DNA of 64,000 nucleotides from Escherichia coli (GTDB lineage Bacteria; Pseudomonadota; Gammaproteobacteria; Enterobacterales; Enterobacteriaceae): NCBI RefSeq assembly GCF_003334315.1, contig NZ_QOWR01000023.1; one strand, 5' to 3'. Shown piece by piece: positions 27,611 to 38,406 of this stretch (position 1 is its first letter; each line of letters starts with the position of its first letter). The notes under the pieces were generated by a model. It saw only the letters and a program-made list of their open reading frames with translations, ran no database searches and was not told where the DNA came from. The position numbers and the translations under genes were made by a program.

Positions 27611-28618
27611 ATGTCTCAACTCAATGATAGTGACATCATCCTTTTTGAGTATAATTTTCATTATCAAAATATAAGATCTAAAAATACTCTTGATATAGCA
27701 TTTGGTATTGACAGAAATTTTCTTTTTGGATGTGGTGTAGCCATCGCATCTATTCTATTAAACAATAGAGAAATCTCTTGTGAATTTCATGTTTTCACAG
27801 ATTATATCAGTGATAAAGACAAATTATATTTTTCTGATTTAGCAAAACAATATAATTCAAGAATTAATATTTATGTTATCAATTGTGATAAGCTGAAGTC
27901 ATTACCAAGCACGAAAAACTGGACTTACGCAACATATTTTCGATTTATAATTGCAGATTATTTCTATCATAAACATGAAAAAATACTATATCTTGATGCA
28001 GATATTGCTTGCAAGGGTAGTATTAAAGAACTCTTAGATTATCAATTTTCTACTAATGAAATTGCCGCAGTTGTAGCTGAAAGAGATGTTGAATGGTGGC
28101 AAAATCGAGCCTCGGTATTAACTACACCACAGTTAGCTTCTGGATATTTCAATGCTGGTTTTTTACTGATAAATATTGATGAGTGGAATCTAAATAACAT
28201 TTCGTCAAAAGCTATTGAAATGTTGCGTGACCCAGATTGGGTAAGTAAAATCACCCACCTTGATCAAGATGTACTGAATGTATTATTGAATGGTAAAGTG
28301 AAGTTTATTTCGGAGAAATATAATACCCGATATAGTATTAACTATGAATTAAAAGACAAAGTTGATAATCCAGTCAATGATGACACCGTGTTTATACACT
28401 ATGTGGGACCTACAAAACCCTGGCATGAGTGGGCTGACTATCCGGTGTCACGTAGTTTTTTGATCGCCAAAGCAGCTTCTCCGTGGAGTAAAGAAGATTT
28501 ACTTAAACCTGTAAATAGCAATCAGTATCGGTATTGTGCAAAACATAAATTTAAACAAAAGCATTATATGGCAGGCATTTTTAATTATTTAAAGTATTAT
28601 AAAGAAAAATGCTTCTAA
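27611..28618 (+). CDS. waaI: GT8 outer-core alpha-1,3 glycosyltransferase (WaaI/WaaO-like, R3-type)
   Basis: 335-aa GT8-family ORF; AT-rich; first gene after waaP. Confidence 0.8.
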   Translation: MSQLNDSDIILFEYNFHYQNIRSKNTLDIAFGIDRNFLFGCGVAIASILLNNREISCEFHVFTDYISDKDKLYFSDLAKQYNSRINIYVINCDKLKSLPSTKNWTYATYFRFIIADYFYHKHEKILYLDADIACKGSIKELLDYQFSTNEIAAVVAERDVEWWQNRASVLTTPQLASGYFNAGFLLINIDEWNLNNISSKAIEMLRDPDWVSKITHLDQDVLNVLLNGKVKFISEKYNTRYSINYELKDKVDNPVNDDTVFIHYVGPTKPWHEWADYPVSRSFLIAKAASPWSKEDLLKPVNSNQYRYCAKHKFKQKHYMAGIFNYLKYYKEKCF

Positions 28619-28643
28619 AGATTTAAGGTTAAAATAATTCATT

Positions 28644-29351
28644 ATGATATATAATAAAACGATAAATGGGTTGAAAGTTTTCATAAAAGATAATGATCCC
28701 TTTTATGAGCAAGTTCTAAATGACTTTTTAACTTGCAGGGTTAAAACATTAAAAGTTTTTCGTTCTATTGATGATACTAAAGTCATTCTTATTGACACTG
28801 CTCGTGGACCTCTTGTACTTAAAGTTTATGCGCCAAAGCATAAAATGACCGAACGTTTCTTAAAATCTTGCATAAAAAAAGATTATTATGAAAATTTAAT
28901 TTATCAAACCGATCGGGTACGTGGTGAAGGCATCCAATCAATTAATGACTATTTTTTGCTAGCTGAACGTAAAACATTAAATTTCGCTCATTATTATATT
29001 ATGCTCATTGAGTATATTGAAGGTGTCGGGTTAAATGAGTATTTGGAAATTTCTGAAGATCTGAAGGATCAATTATCAGAATCGATAAAAGAGTTGCATC
29101 AGCATGGAATGGTGTCTGGCGATCCTCATAAAGGAAATTTTATAGTATCCGAAAAAGGTTTAAGACTAATTGACCTTTCAGGTAAAAAAACAACCGCTGT
29201 TTTAAAAGCAAAAGATCGCATTGATCTTGAACGGCACTATAATATAAAAAATGAATTGAAAGACTTTGGCTATACATATCTTATATTCAAAAAGAAAATT
29301 AAAAAAGTAATCAGGGATGTAAAAGTCAAACTAGGATTGAAGAGCAAATAA
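28644..29351 (+). CDS. waaY: LPS core heptose(II) kinase
   Basis: 235-aa ORF, WaaY/RfaY-like; AT-rich. Confidence 0.8.
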   Translation: MIYNKTINGLKVFIKDNDPFYEQVLNDFLTCRVKTLKVFRSIDDTKVILIDTARGPLVLKVYAPKHKMTERFLKSCIKKDYYENLIYQTDRVRGEGIQSINDYFLLAERKTLNFAHYYIMLIEYIEGVGLNEYLEISEDLKDQLSESIKELHQHGMVSGDPHKGNFIVSEKGLRLIDLSGKKTTAVLKAKDRIDLERHYNIKNELKDFGYTYLIFKKKIKKVIRDVKVKLGLKSK

Positions 29352-29375
29352 TGATTATGATGAAGGGTAATTAAA

Positions 29376-30389
29376 TTGGATTTTAAACATCTTACTCAAT
29401 TTAAAGATATAATTGAACTGGACAAGCGCCCCGTTAAACTTGATGAACGGGAAACGTTTAATGTCTCATGGGGTATTGATGAGAACTACCAGGTTGGGGC
29501 TGCGATTTCAATTGCTTCAATTCTTGAAAATAATAAACAAAACAAATTTACCTTTCACATAATCGCTGATTACTTAGACAAAGAGTATATTGAATTATTA
29601 TCACAATTAGCAACGAAGTATCAAACAGTAATTAAATTATATCATATTGATTCTGAGCCATTGAAGGCGCTACCTCAATCAAATATCTGGCCAGTATCTA
29701 TTTATTATCGTTTGCTTTCATTTGATTATTTTTCTGCGCGATTGGATTCATTATTATATCTTGATGCTGATATCGTCTGTAAGGGTTCATTGAACGAGTT
29801 AATAGCATTAGAGTTTAAAGATGAATATGGGGCAGTGGTAATTGATGTAGATGCTATGCAAAGTAAAAGCGCTGAGCGTTTGTGTAATGAGGATTTTAAC
29901 GGTAGCTATTTTAACTCTGGTGTAATGTATATTAATTTACGGGAATGGTTAAAACAAAGACTAACGGAAAAATTCTTTGATCTATTATCAGATGAGTCAA
30001 TTATAAAAAAATTAAAGTACCCGGATCAAGATATTTTAAACTTAATGTTTCTACATCATGCTAAAATATTACCGAGAAAATATAATTGTATTTATACTAT
30101 AAAGTCAGAATTTGAAGAAAAAAATAGTGAATATTACACCCGGTTTATTAATGATGACACTGTCTTCATACATTATACTGGTATAACTAAGCCATGGCAT
30201 GATTGGGCGAACTACGCCTCTGCAGATTATTTTCGTAATATTTATAATATATCACCATGGAGAAATATACCTTATAAAAAAGCTGTTAAAAAACATGAGT
30301 ACAAAGAAAAATATAAACACTTGCTTTACCAGAAAAAATTTCTCGATGGTGTTTTTACAGCAATTAAATATAATGTTATGAAAGGTTAA
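29376..30389 (+). CDS. waaJ: GT8 outer-core alpha-1,2 glycosyltransferase (WaaJ-like)
   Basis: 337-aa GT8 ORF, paralogous to the upstream GT8; apparent TTG start at 29376 with no in-frame ATG nearby. Confidence 0.75.
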   Translation: MDFKHLTQFKDIIELDKRPVKLDERETFNVSWGIDENYQVGAAISIASILENNKQNKFTFHIIADYLDKEYIELLSQLATKYQTVIKLYHIDSEPLKALPQSNIWPVSIYYRLLSFDYFSARLDSLLYLDADIVCKGSLNELIALEFKDEYGAVVIDVDAMQSKSAERLCNEDFNGSYFNSGVMYINLREWLKQRLTEKFFDLLSDESIIKKLKYPDQDILNLMFLHHAKILPRKYNCIYTIKSEFEEKNSEYYTRFINDDTVFIHYTGITKPWHDWANYASADYFRNIYNISPWRNIPYKKAVKKHEYKEKYKHLLYQKKFLDGVFTAIKYNVMKG

Positions 30390-30397
30390 TATACGAG

Positions 30398-31540
30398 ATG
30401 GTTGATAAAATAATATTTACGGTTACTCCTATTTTTTCAATTCCTCCTCGCGGAGCGGCTGCTGTTGAAACGTGGATGTATCAGGTTGCTCAGCGTACCA
30501 ATTTTCCAAATCGTATTGTTTGTATCAAAAATCCAGGATACTCAAATTACACCTTTGTTAATGATAATTGTAGTATTCATAGGGTTGGATTCAGTCGCAT
30601 ATATAAGCGGTTATTTCAAAAATGGACAAGACTTGATCCTCTTCCATATTCACAGAGAATATTGAATATTGCACATGATTTTCCTATAACGAAAGAAAGT
30701 GTTATTGTAGTTCATAATAGCATGAAGCTATACACTCAAATTCGTAAGCGAGCTCCTCAGGCAAGAGTGGTTATACATATGCATAATGCATTTGAACCAA
30801 AATTGCTTGAGCAAAATGTTAAAATGATAGTGCCTAGTTTATACTTGAAAAAGTATTACCAATCTTATTTAGCAAATGCAGATATTGAGATTGTACCAAA
30901 TGGAATTGATTTAGAAACCTATCAATCTAATTTTCAGCCGATCACTAGAAGCGAACTTAATATCTCCCCTGAAGAGAAAATTATTTTTTATGCTGGGCGT
31001 ATCGTCCCTGACAAAGGCATATTGCTGTTGATGCAATCATTCGAAAAATTGGCCGCTGCTCACAAAAATTTAAAATTAGTTGTGATTGGTGATTATACAG
31101 AAATGAGTAAAAGTGACAAAGGTACATATCAACGCAATGTCAGGGAAATTGCAAAACGTTTGAAGGATCGTTGCATTATGTTAGGAAGCATACCGCCTGA
31201 AAAGATGCATTGTTATTACCCACTGGCAGATTTAGTCGTCATTCCTTCCCAGTTCCAGGAACCATTTTGCATGGTGGCAATTGAAGCTATGGGTGCTGGT
31301 AAGCCTGTTTTAGTGAGTACGCGTGGGGGGATGACGGAATTTGTCAAAGAAAATACAACGGGATTCCATTTAAAAGAACCTATGACTGCAGACTCCATAA
31401 GCAGCGATATTTTAAAAACGTTAGCGAATCCTGAATTAACAGCAGTTGCAAAGCAAGGTCAGGACTTTGTGTTTGATCACTACAGTTGGGATGGCGTAAC
31501 TCAAAGATTCGAAGAGGTTATTCATAATTGGTTTGAATAA
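30398..31540 (+). CDS. waaD: GT4-family outer-core glycosyltransferase (WaaD/WaaK-like)
   Basis: 380-aa ORF with GT4 EX7E-type motif (EPFCMVAIEAMGAGKPVLVSTRGGMTE); last gene before the convergent waaL, as in R3-type loci. Confidence 0.65.
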   Translation: MVDKIIFTVTPIFSIPPRGAAAVETWMYQVAQRTNFPNRIVCIKNPGYSNYTFVNDNCSIHRVGFSRIYKRLFQKWTRLDPLPYSQRILNIAHDFPITKESVIVVHNSMKLYTQIRKRAPQARVVIHMHNAFEPKLLEQNVKMIVPSLYLKKYYQSYLANADIEIVPNGIDLETYQSNFQPITRSELNISPEEKIIFYAGRIVPDKGILLLMQSFEKLAAAHKNLKLVVIGDYTEMSKSDKGTYQRNVREIAKRLKDRCIMLGSIPPEKMHCYYPLADLVVIPSQFQEPFCMVAIEAMGAGKPVLVSTRGGMTEFVKENTTGFHLKEPMTADSISSDILKTLANPELTAVAKQGQDFVFDHYSWDGVTQRFEEVIHNWFE

Positions 31541-31543
31541 ATA

Positions 31544-31570
31544 AAAAGGCCGCATTATGCAGCCTTTTTT
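31544..31570. terminator. bidirectional terminator between convergent waaD and waaL
   Basis: aaaaaggccgcattatgcagcctttttt: near-perfect hairpin flanked by A and T runs. Confidence 0.7.
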
Positions 31571-31575
31571 ATTTT

Positions 31576-32784
31576 TTACTTGTTTTTCATCGCTAATAAT
31601 AAGCCGGCGTAAACGCCTAATAAATTTGGTTCAATTTGTTCTACGTTTCCACGGATAACAAAATAACCTATAAAAGATAGTAAGATTATATAATATGCAT
31701 TATATGGTGAGCGATATTTATTCTTGACGCCATTTTTTATACACTCTTTCAATATTGCACAGTATAGCATCATAAGACTTACCAGCCCTAATAAACCAGT
31801 GCCAAACCAGATGAATAGCGCAAAATTATGTGGCCCTATTGATTGTCTAAAGGTCCATTCTGGATAATCAATGACACGTTTATTATAGACATCTTTATAT
31901 GCAACGTTACCGTAACCATAACCAATAACAGGATTTTCTAATATTAGATCGAGTGCGCTGCCTTGAGTACCATTTGCATAGCGATAAGAACTATTAGTTT
32001 GTTGAAGTTTATACGTTAGCTTTGCGGTCATCTCCTTATGTGTGAAAATAACCGACAATGCAATGATGGCAACCATTACTCCTACTAATAGTAACTTCCA
32101 TTGTTTAAACATCAGAATCCATATTAATCCAATGACTAACACGGAAAGCCAGGCCCCTCTGGATAAAGTTCCTAATATCAGAAAAATAAAAATAACGCTT
32201 AGAACCACAAAAGAAATGCGGTATTTTGCTGATTTGATAAGCCAGAGATTTAACAATGCAGGGAATAAAAAGACCATCGAGTCAGAAATGCTACGGTGTC
32301 TATAATCTGCGAATGGCATTATCCCTTGTTGATAGTCCTTATAATAGGTAATCAATTCAGAAAAACAGCGTAAGCCCAACGCACTAATAAATGAGAAGAA
32401 AACGATTTTTTCGACATCTTCTCTTTTCTCGTCTCTCAATATGATCGGTATTGCTATTGTGCATAGTAAAGTATTCTCAATAATAGCTTTGAAAATTTCC
32501 TTCATGCTAGCACCTGCATCAGGGGATTGAAGAAGTGACAGCAATGCAGCAATAGTTAATATGGCAACACTACCAAAAAGAAATGTTTTAAATAGTGAGA
32601 GATAGTGTTTTGGCCGTTTGCAGAGATAGACGATTGTCGTTATTGTCATAAGAATAACAATAAGATGTTTATACCTTGTAATCCCACCCAAAAAATAGGT
32701 GGTAATGAATAAGAATACGAGAGCTCTGTTCCAGTACGCTATCCAGTTTTTTTTCTCGAGAGAGAAAAATAATGTTGAGGTCAT
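31576..32784 (-). CDS. waaL: O-antigen ligase
   Basis: 402-aa polytopic membrane ORF, last gene of the hldD-waaFCL operon; sequence does not match my recollection of the K-12 WaaL; start overlaps the waaC stop. Confidence 0.85.
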   Translation of the reverse strand: MTSTLFFSLEKKNWIAYWNRALVFLFITTYFLGGITRYKHLIVILMTITTIVYLCKRPKHYLSLFKTFLFGSVAILTIAALLSLLQSPDAGASMKEIFKAIIENTLLCTIAIPIILRDEKREDVEKIVFFSFISALGLRCFSELITYYKDYQQGIMPFADYRHRSISDSMVFLFPALLNLWLIKSAKYRISFVVLSVIFIFLILGTLSRGAWLSVLVIGLIWILMFKQWKLLLVGVMVAIIALSVIFTHKEMTAKLTYKLQQTNSSYRYANGTQGSALDLILENPVIGYGYGNVAYKDVYNKRVIDYPEWTFRQSIGPHNFALFIWFGTGLLGLVSLMMLYCAILKECIKNGVKNKYRSPYNAYYIILLSFIGYFVIRGNVEQIEPNLLGVYAGLLLAMKNK

Positions 32785-33773
32785 CTTATCTCCGATGTCA
32801 ACTTATTGGTTATTATTTCAAGATTTAAATTTTGAAAAACGGTTTGAGCTGGCAAATCTGCAAGAGACATACTTGTAGAACGACACTCTACTTGATTCTT
32901 CCCATACCCACCAATTAATCCCGGATCGGTTGGTCCATAAACCGTGATATTGGGTCTATCCAGTGCCGCCGTTAAATGGCTTAACCCCGTATCCACCGAC
33001 ACTACAAATTTAGCCCCGGCCAGCACGCGGGCAACGCCTTCCAGACTCATCTTCGGCAATACTTCAACATAAGCAAATCCTTCCGCCAGTCGTTTCGCCC
33101 GTTCTTCCTCATGCGGCGCGCCCCACGGAAGTTTAATCCGTATTCCTGAATCAGCCAGTAAACCAATCAATTCTCGCCAGTGTTCTTCCGGCCAGTGTTT
33201 ATCATCACGGGTCGTCGCATGAAGAAATACGGCATATTCGCCAGCATCTGTAGGCAGGTTCGTCAGAAAATGCTGTGCGATAGCATAATCGCCCTGGGTT
33301 TGCGGTTTGCTATAGCCCAAACTTTTGGCAAACAGTTCGCGGGTGCGTTCTACGGCGTGCTGCTGTTTTGCAATATGATGCTTACAATTGTAAAACAGGC
33401 TGGCTAAAGGTTCGCGAGCGGTTTGCCAGTCCAATCCATGCTTTACGCCATGCGCCAGACGTGTCACCAGTGCCGCGCTTTTTACCAGCCCCTGAGCGTC
33501 GATAACTGCGTCATAGTTCTCTGCTTGTAGCGCTTCACGAAACGCTTTGCGTTCAGCTTTTATGGGGGCCGAGAACCAGGCTTTACGCCAGCGACGTATT
33601 GCCACAGGAATAACTCGCTCAACGGCAGCGTGCCAGGAAGGAATCTGTGCGAACCCTTCTTCCACCACCCAGTCAAACTTAATCCCTGGGATTGCCTGCT
33701 GGGCATCAGTGAGTGCGGGCAACGTATGGAGAACATCGCCCATCGACGATGTTTTAACGATCAAAACCCGCAT
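32781..33773 (-). CDS. waaC: LPS heptosyltransferase I
   Basis: 330-aa GT9 ORF MRVLIVKTSSMGDVLHTLPALTDAQQAIPGIKFDWVVEEGF. Confidence 0.93.
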   Translation of the reverse strand: MRVLIVKTSSMGDVLHTLPALTDAQQAIPGIKFDWVVEEGFAQIPSWHAAVERVIPVAIRRWRKAWFSAPIKAERKAFREALQAENYDAVIDAQGLVKSAALVTRLAHGVKHGLDWQTAREPLASLFYNCKHHIAKQQHAVERTRELFAKSLGYSKPQTQGDYAIAQHFLTNLPTDAGEYAVFLHATTRDDKHWPEEHWRELIGLLADSGIRIKLPWGAPHEEERAKRLAEGFAYVEVLPKMSLEGVARVLAGAKFVVSVDTGLSHLTAALDRPNITVYGPTDPGLIGGYGKNQVECRSTSMSLADLPAQTVFQNLNLEIITNKLTSEIR

Positions 33774-33776
33774 CCG

Positions 33777-34823
33777 TCAGGCTTCCTCTTGTAACAATAG
33801 CGCGTTGAGTTCTTCCAGTACGCGCTGGGGAGTAATGTCGATCAAGCTCTGGTGATAACCCTCCGCAGCGTCACCTTTACGCACTTTGTGATAGCCGGTA
33901 ATCAGACGGATCACGCGCGCTTTATGGGATAGCGGCGGTGTGAAGTCCGGGCTACTTGGACCATACAGGGCAACCAGCGGACGATTGAGCGCCGCCGCAA
34001 CGTGCATCAGGCCAGAATCGTTAGTGACAATGGCTTTACAGGCTGCAATCAGGATAACCGCTTGATCAAGCTGTGTTTCCCCCGCCAGGTTCCGACACCA
34101 TGCCTGCTGCTCGGTATTCAAAGCGGCAAGAATCTCATTGCCCGCTTCATGATCTTTCGCAGAGCCAAACAGAACCACCTGATAACCTTCATCAATCAGC
34201 TGCTTTGCCAGTTCCGCATAGTGGTAGTGTGGCCAGCGTTTTGCCGGACCAAACTCCGCACCCGGGCAAAAGCCAATCATCGGACGTTCTGATGAAAGCG
34301 AAAATTGATTACAGGTATATGATTTTTCACCTTCGCTCACCTGCAACTGCGGCCATAACAATGGCTGCGGCAGATCTTGTGCTGTGCGCATAATGCCTTT
34401 GTCATAGGCCAGCGCTATATAGCGTTCCACCATTAGCGGCCAGGCTTCTTTATCGAGCACGCGTACATCGTTGAGTAAACCGTAGCGCATCTCGCCGCGC
34501 CAGCCGGTGCGATGAGGAATACCCGCGAAGAAAGGCACTAATGCGGATTTGAAGGAGTTAGGTAAGACGTAGGCGCGGTCGTAGCGCTTTTCACGCAGGC
34601 TATGACCCAGTTTGCGGCGTTCGCCGATTTCCAGCGCTCCGTGACCGAGAGGCATAGGGATAGCTTCGTTAACTTCCGGCATCCGCGATAATAATGGACG
34701 GCACCATGCCGGTGCCATCACATCGATTATCGCCTGGGGATAGCGCGCCTGGAGCGTGCGATAGAGACTTTGCGACATCATCATGTCGCCAACCCAAGAC
34801 GGGCCGATCACCAGTATTTTCAT
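33777..34823 (-). CDS. waaF: LPS heptosyltransferase II
   Basis: 348-aa GT9 ORF MKILVIGPSWVGDMMMSQSLYRTLQARYP. Confidence 0.95.
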   Translation of the reverse strand: MKILVIGPSWVGDMMMSQSLYRTLQARYPQAIIDVMAPAWCRPLLSRMPEVNEAIPMPLGHGALEIGERRKLGHSLREKRYDRAYVLPNSFKSALVPFFAGIPHRTGWRGEMRYGLLNDVRVLDKEAWPLMVERYIALAYDKGIMRTAQDLPQPLLWPQLQVSEGEKSYTCNQFSLSSERPMIGFCPGAEFGPAKRWPHYHYAELAKQLIDEGYQVVLFGSAKDHEAGNEILAALNTEQQAWCRNLAGETQLDQAVILIAACKAIVTNDSGLMHVAAALNRPLVALYGPSSPDFTPPLSHKARVIRLITGYHKVRKGDAAEGYHQSLIDITPQRVLEELNALLLQEEA

Positions 34824-34832
34824 GCAGAGCTC

Positions 34833-35765
34833 TTATGCGTCGCGATTCAGCCAGGCCATGTATTCCGTTACACCTTCAGCAACGGTTTTGAACGGTTTGT
34901 CGTAACCCGCCGCGCGCAGATTTGTCAGATCTGCCTGAGTGAACGCCTGATAGCGGCCTTTCAGTTTATCCGGGAACGGAATGTATTCGATCTGGCCTTT
35001 CTTGTGATAAGCCAGCGTAGCATCTGCTACTGCCTGGAAGGATTCTGCACGACCGGTGCCGAGGTTGAAGATACCGGAAACGCCATTTTCCAGGAACCAC
35101 AGGTTTACATCTGCCACGTCGCCCACATAGACGAAGTCACGTTTGAAGTTCTCGCTACCTTCGAACAGCTTCGGTGATTCACCGTTATTAAGCTGGGTGT
35201 TGAGATGGAAAGCGACGCTCGCCATGCTGCCTTTATGGCCTTCACGCGGTCCATAAACGTTGAAATAGCGGAAGCCAACAATCTGCGAGTTAGCTTCAGG
35301 CAGGATTTGGCGAACATATTCATCAAACAGGAATTTTGAGTAACCGTAGACGTTCAACGGTTTTTCGTACTCGCGGGATTCAATAAAGTCGGAGGTGCGT
35401 CCGCCGTAGGTGGCTGCGGAAGAGGCATACAGGAACGGGATTTTGCGCTCCAGGCAGTAGTGCAGCAGCTCCTTGGAGTATTGATAGTTGTTATCCATCA
35501 TATACTTGCCGTCCCACTCGGTGGTGGAAGAGCACGCGCCTTCGTGGAAAATCGCTTCGACATCGCCGAACTCTTCGCCAGCCATAATCTGGATCAGGAA
35601 GTCTTCCTTATCCATATAGTCTGCGATATTCAGATCCACCAGGTTCACAAACTTGGTGCCGTCTTTCAGGTTGTCCACCACCAGAATATCGGTGATGCCT
35701 TTATCATTCAGGGCTTTAACGATGTTGCTGCCGATAAAGCCCGCGCCGCCGGTAACGATGATCAT
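34833..35765 (-). CDS. hldD: ADP-L-glycero-D-manno-heptose 6-epimerase
   Basis: 310-aa [29 protein letters not shown]-binding Rossmann motif. Confidence 0.96.
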   Translation of the reverse strand: MIIVTGGAGFIGSNIVKALNDKGITDILVVDNLKDGTKFVNLVDLNIADYMDKEDFLIQIMAGEEFGDVEAIFHEGACSSTTEWDGKYMMDNNYQYSKELLHYCLERKIPFLYASSAATYGGRTSDFIESREYEKPLNVYGYSKFLFDEYVRQILPEANSQIVGFRYFNVYGPREGHKGSMASVAFHLNTQLNNGESPKLFEGSENFKRDFVYVGDVADVNLWFLENGVSGIFNLGTGRAESFQAVADATLAYHKKGQIEYIPFPDKLKGRYQAFTQADLTNLRAAGYDKPFKTVAEGVTEYMAWLNRDA

Positions 35766-36068
35766 AACTGTAACCTTCGAATTATGGAGTCAGAGACAAT
35801 CTCAGACACGAATGTCTGTAATCATACCATCACATCCGAATCCCTTCAGCCCTTTACATAGAGGTGCAAGGATGCTAATTGCAACAAACTAGTTTGGGTT
35901 TTAGCTAGTCCTTCATGGCGGATGTTGGTTTTGCATGTGAATAGTGCTTTAGTATCAATATTCCGATGTATGATAAATAACGGAAGCATTTGAATGGATA
36001 ATATACAGTATACATTCTATTAATATTTATGATATAATTCTTTTTTTATATTAATGGTCTTATTAGTA

Positions 36069-36926
36069 ATGAAATCATCCACCACAATTATCACTGCATA
36101 TTTTGACATTGGTAGAGGGGATTGGACTGCTAATAAAGGGTTCCGTGAAAAACTAGCTCGTTCAGTTGATGTTTATTTTAGTTACTTTGAGCGTCTGGCC
36201 GCACTTGAAAATGAGATGATTATTTTCACTTCTCCCGATTTGAAACCAAGGGTTGAAGCGATTCGCAACGGAAAACCAACAACGGTTATCGTTATCGATA
36301 TAAAAAAGAAATTTAGATATATCAGAAGTCGTATCGAAAAAATTCAAAAAGATGAGTCGTTTACAAATAGACTTGAGCCTCGACAATTAAAAAACCCAGA
36401 GTACTGGTCACCAGAGTATGTTTTGGTATGTAACCTTAAGGCCTATTTTGTAAATAAAGCTATCAACATGGGTTTAGTGAAAACGCCTCTTGTTGCGTGG
36501 ATAGATTTTGGCTATTGCCGTAAGCCAAATGTAACTCGAGGATTGAAAATTTGGGATTTCCCATTTGATGAAAATAAGATGCATCTTTTCACTATAAAAA
36601 AAGGGCTTACTGTTACATCTCAACAACAGGCTTTTGATTTCATGATTGGCAATCATGTATATATTATTGGGGGCGCAATTGTTGGTTCACAGCATAAATG
36701 GAAAGAATTCTATAAATTAGTTCTGGAAAGTCAAAAAATAACACTAAACAATAACATTGTGGACGATGACCAGGGCATTTTTGTCATGTGCTATTACAAA
36801 CGCCCCGATCTCTTCAACCTAAACTATCTGGGGAGAGGAAAATGGTTCGATTTGTTTCGCTGCTTCAGGAGTAACACTTTAGGGGCAAAAATGCAGGCGC
36901 TGAGAATTTTCCTTTCAAGAAAATAG
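36069..36926 (+). CDS. htrL: HtrL/YibB-family protein of unknown function
   Basis: ORF track 36054..36926; start may be M1 or M6 (MKSSTTIITAYFDIGRGDW); AT-rich; sits between hldD and kbl. Confidence 0.8.
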   Translation: MKSSTTIITAYFDIGRGDWTANKGFREKLARSVDVYFSYFERLAALENEMIIFTSPDLKPRVEAIRNGKPTTVIVIDIKKKFRYIRSRIEKIQKDESFTNRLEPRQLKNPEYWSPEYVLVCNLKAYFVNKAINMGLVKTPLVAWIDFGYCRKPNVTRGLKIWDFPFDENKMHLFTIKKGLTVTSQQQAFDFMIGNHVYIIGGAIVGSQHKWKEFYKLVLESQKITLNNNIVDDDQGIFVMCYYKRPDLFNLNYLGRGKWFDLFRCFRSNTLGAKMQALRIFLSRK

Positions 36927-37200
36927 GTTTCCCTCCATTAGTGGGTAGCGTTTTGATACCAACTGAGATAGGAAAAATGATGCTTTGGCATCATTTTTTC
37001 TTTTTATATCAATGCAGTAAAATCAATCATCATTATGCCCAGCCAAAACTGTACAGTTTTTCTACTATCTGTAGGTGTTGAGAGACATCAAGTTACACGT
37101 TATTTATCCTGAATTTTGCAGAAGTGTTAACGCGTTATCTCGTCGCGACCTATAAGTTTGGGTAATATGTGCTGGAATTTGCCCTGTCTGGAGAATCGCA

Positions 37201-38397
37201 ATGCGTGGAGAATTTTATCAGCAGTTAACCAACGATCTGGAAACCGCACGGGCGGAAGGGTTGTTTAAAGAAGAGCGCATTATTACGTCTGCGCAGCAAG
37301 CAGATATCACTGTGGCTGATGGAAGCCACGTCATTAACTTTTGTGCCAACAACTATCTCGGGCTGGCGAATCATCCTGATCTGATTGCGGCGGCAAAGGC
37401 GGGAATGGATTCTCACGGTTTCGGCATGGCTTCGGTGCGTTTTATTTGCGGCACTCAGGACAGCCATAAAGAGCTTGAACAAAAACTGGCGGCCTTCCTG
37501 GGGATGGAAGATGCGATTCTCTACTCTTCCTGCTTTGATGCTAACGGTGGCCTGTTTGAAACGCTTCTGGGTGCGGAAGACGCCATTATCTCCGACGCAC
37601 TGAACCACGCGTCTATTATTGATGGTGTGCGTCTGTGCAAAGCTAAACGCTATCGCTATGCCAACAACGATATGCAGGAGCTGGAAGCACGTCTGAAAGA
37701 AGCGCGTGAAGCCGGTGCGCGTCATGTGCTGATTGCCACCGATGGTGTGTTCTCAATGGACGGCGTGATTGCCAACCTGAAGGGCGTTTGCGATCTGGCA
37801 GATAAATATGATGCCCTGGTGATGGTAGACGACTCCCACGCGGTCGGTTTTGTCGGTGAAAATGGTCGTGGTTCCCATGAATACTGCGATGTGATGGGCC
37901 GGGTCGATATTATCACCGGTACGCTTGGTAAAGCGCTGGGCGGGGCTTCTGGTGGTTATACTGCGGCGCGCAAAGAAGTGGTTGAGTGGCTGCGCCAGCG
38001 TTCTCGTCCGTATCTGTTCTCCAACTCGCTGGCACCGGCCATTGTTGCCGCATCCATCAAAGTACTGGAGATGGTCGAAGCGGGCAGCGAACTGCGTGAC
38101 CGTCTGTGGGCGAACGCGCGTCAGTTCCGTGAGCAAATGTCGGCGGCGGGCTTTACCCTGGCGGGAGCCGATCACGCCATTATTCCGGTCATGCTTGGTG
38201 ATGCGGTAGTGGCGCAGAAATTTGCCCGTGAGCTGCAAAAAGAGGGCATTTACGTTACCGGTTTCTTCTATCCGGTCGTTCCGAAAGGTCAGGCGCGTAT
38301 TCGTACCCAGATGTCTGCGGCGCATACCCCTGAGCAAATTACGCGTGCAGTAGAAGCATTTACGCGTATTGGTAAACAACTGGGCGTTATCGCCTGA
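37201..38397 (+). CDS. kbl: 2-amino-3-ketobutyrate CoA ligase
   Basis: 398-aa PLP-dependent [30 protein letters not shown]. Confidence 0.96.
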   Translation: MRGEFYQQLTNDLETARAEGLFKEERIITSAQQADITVADGSHVINFCANNYLGLANHPDLIAAAKAGMDSHGFGMASVRFICGTQDSHKELEQKLAAFLGMEDAILYSSCFDANGGLFETLLGAEDAIISDALNHASIIDGVRLCKAKRYRYANNDMQELEARLKEAREAGARHVLIATDGVFSMDGVIANLKGVCDLADKYDALVMVDDSHAVGFVGENGRGSHEYCDVMGRVDIITGTLGKALGGASGGYTAARKEVVEWLRQRSRPYLFSNSLAPAIVAASIKVLEMVEAGSELRDRLWANARQFREQMSAAGFTLAGADHAIIPVMLGDAVVAQKFARELQKEGIYVTGFFYPVVPKGQARIRTQMSAAHTPEQITRAVEAFTRIGKQLGVIA

Positions 38398-38406
38398 GGA
38401 TGTGAG

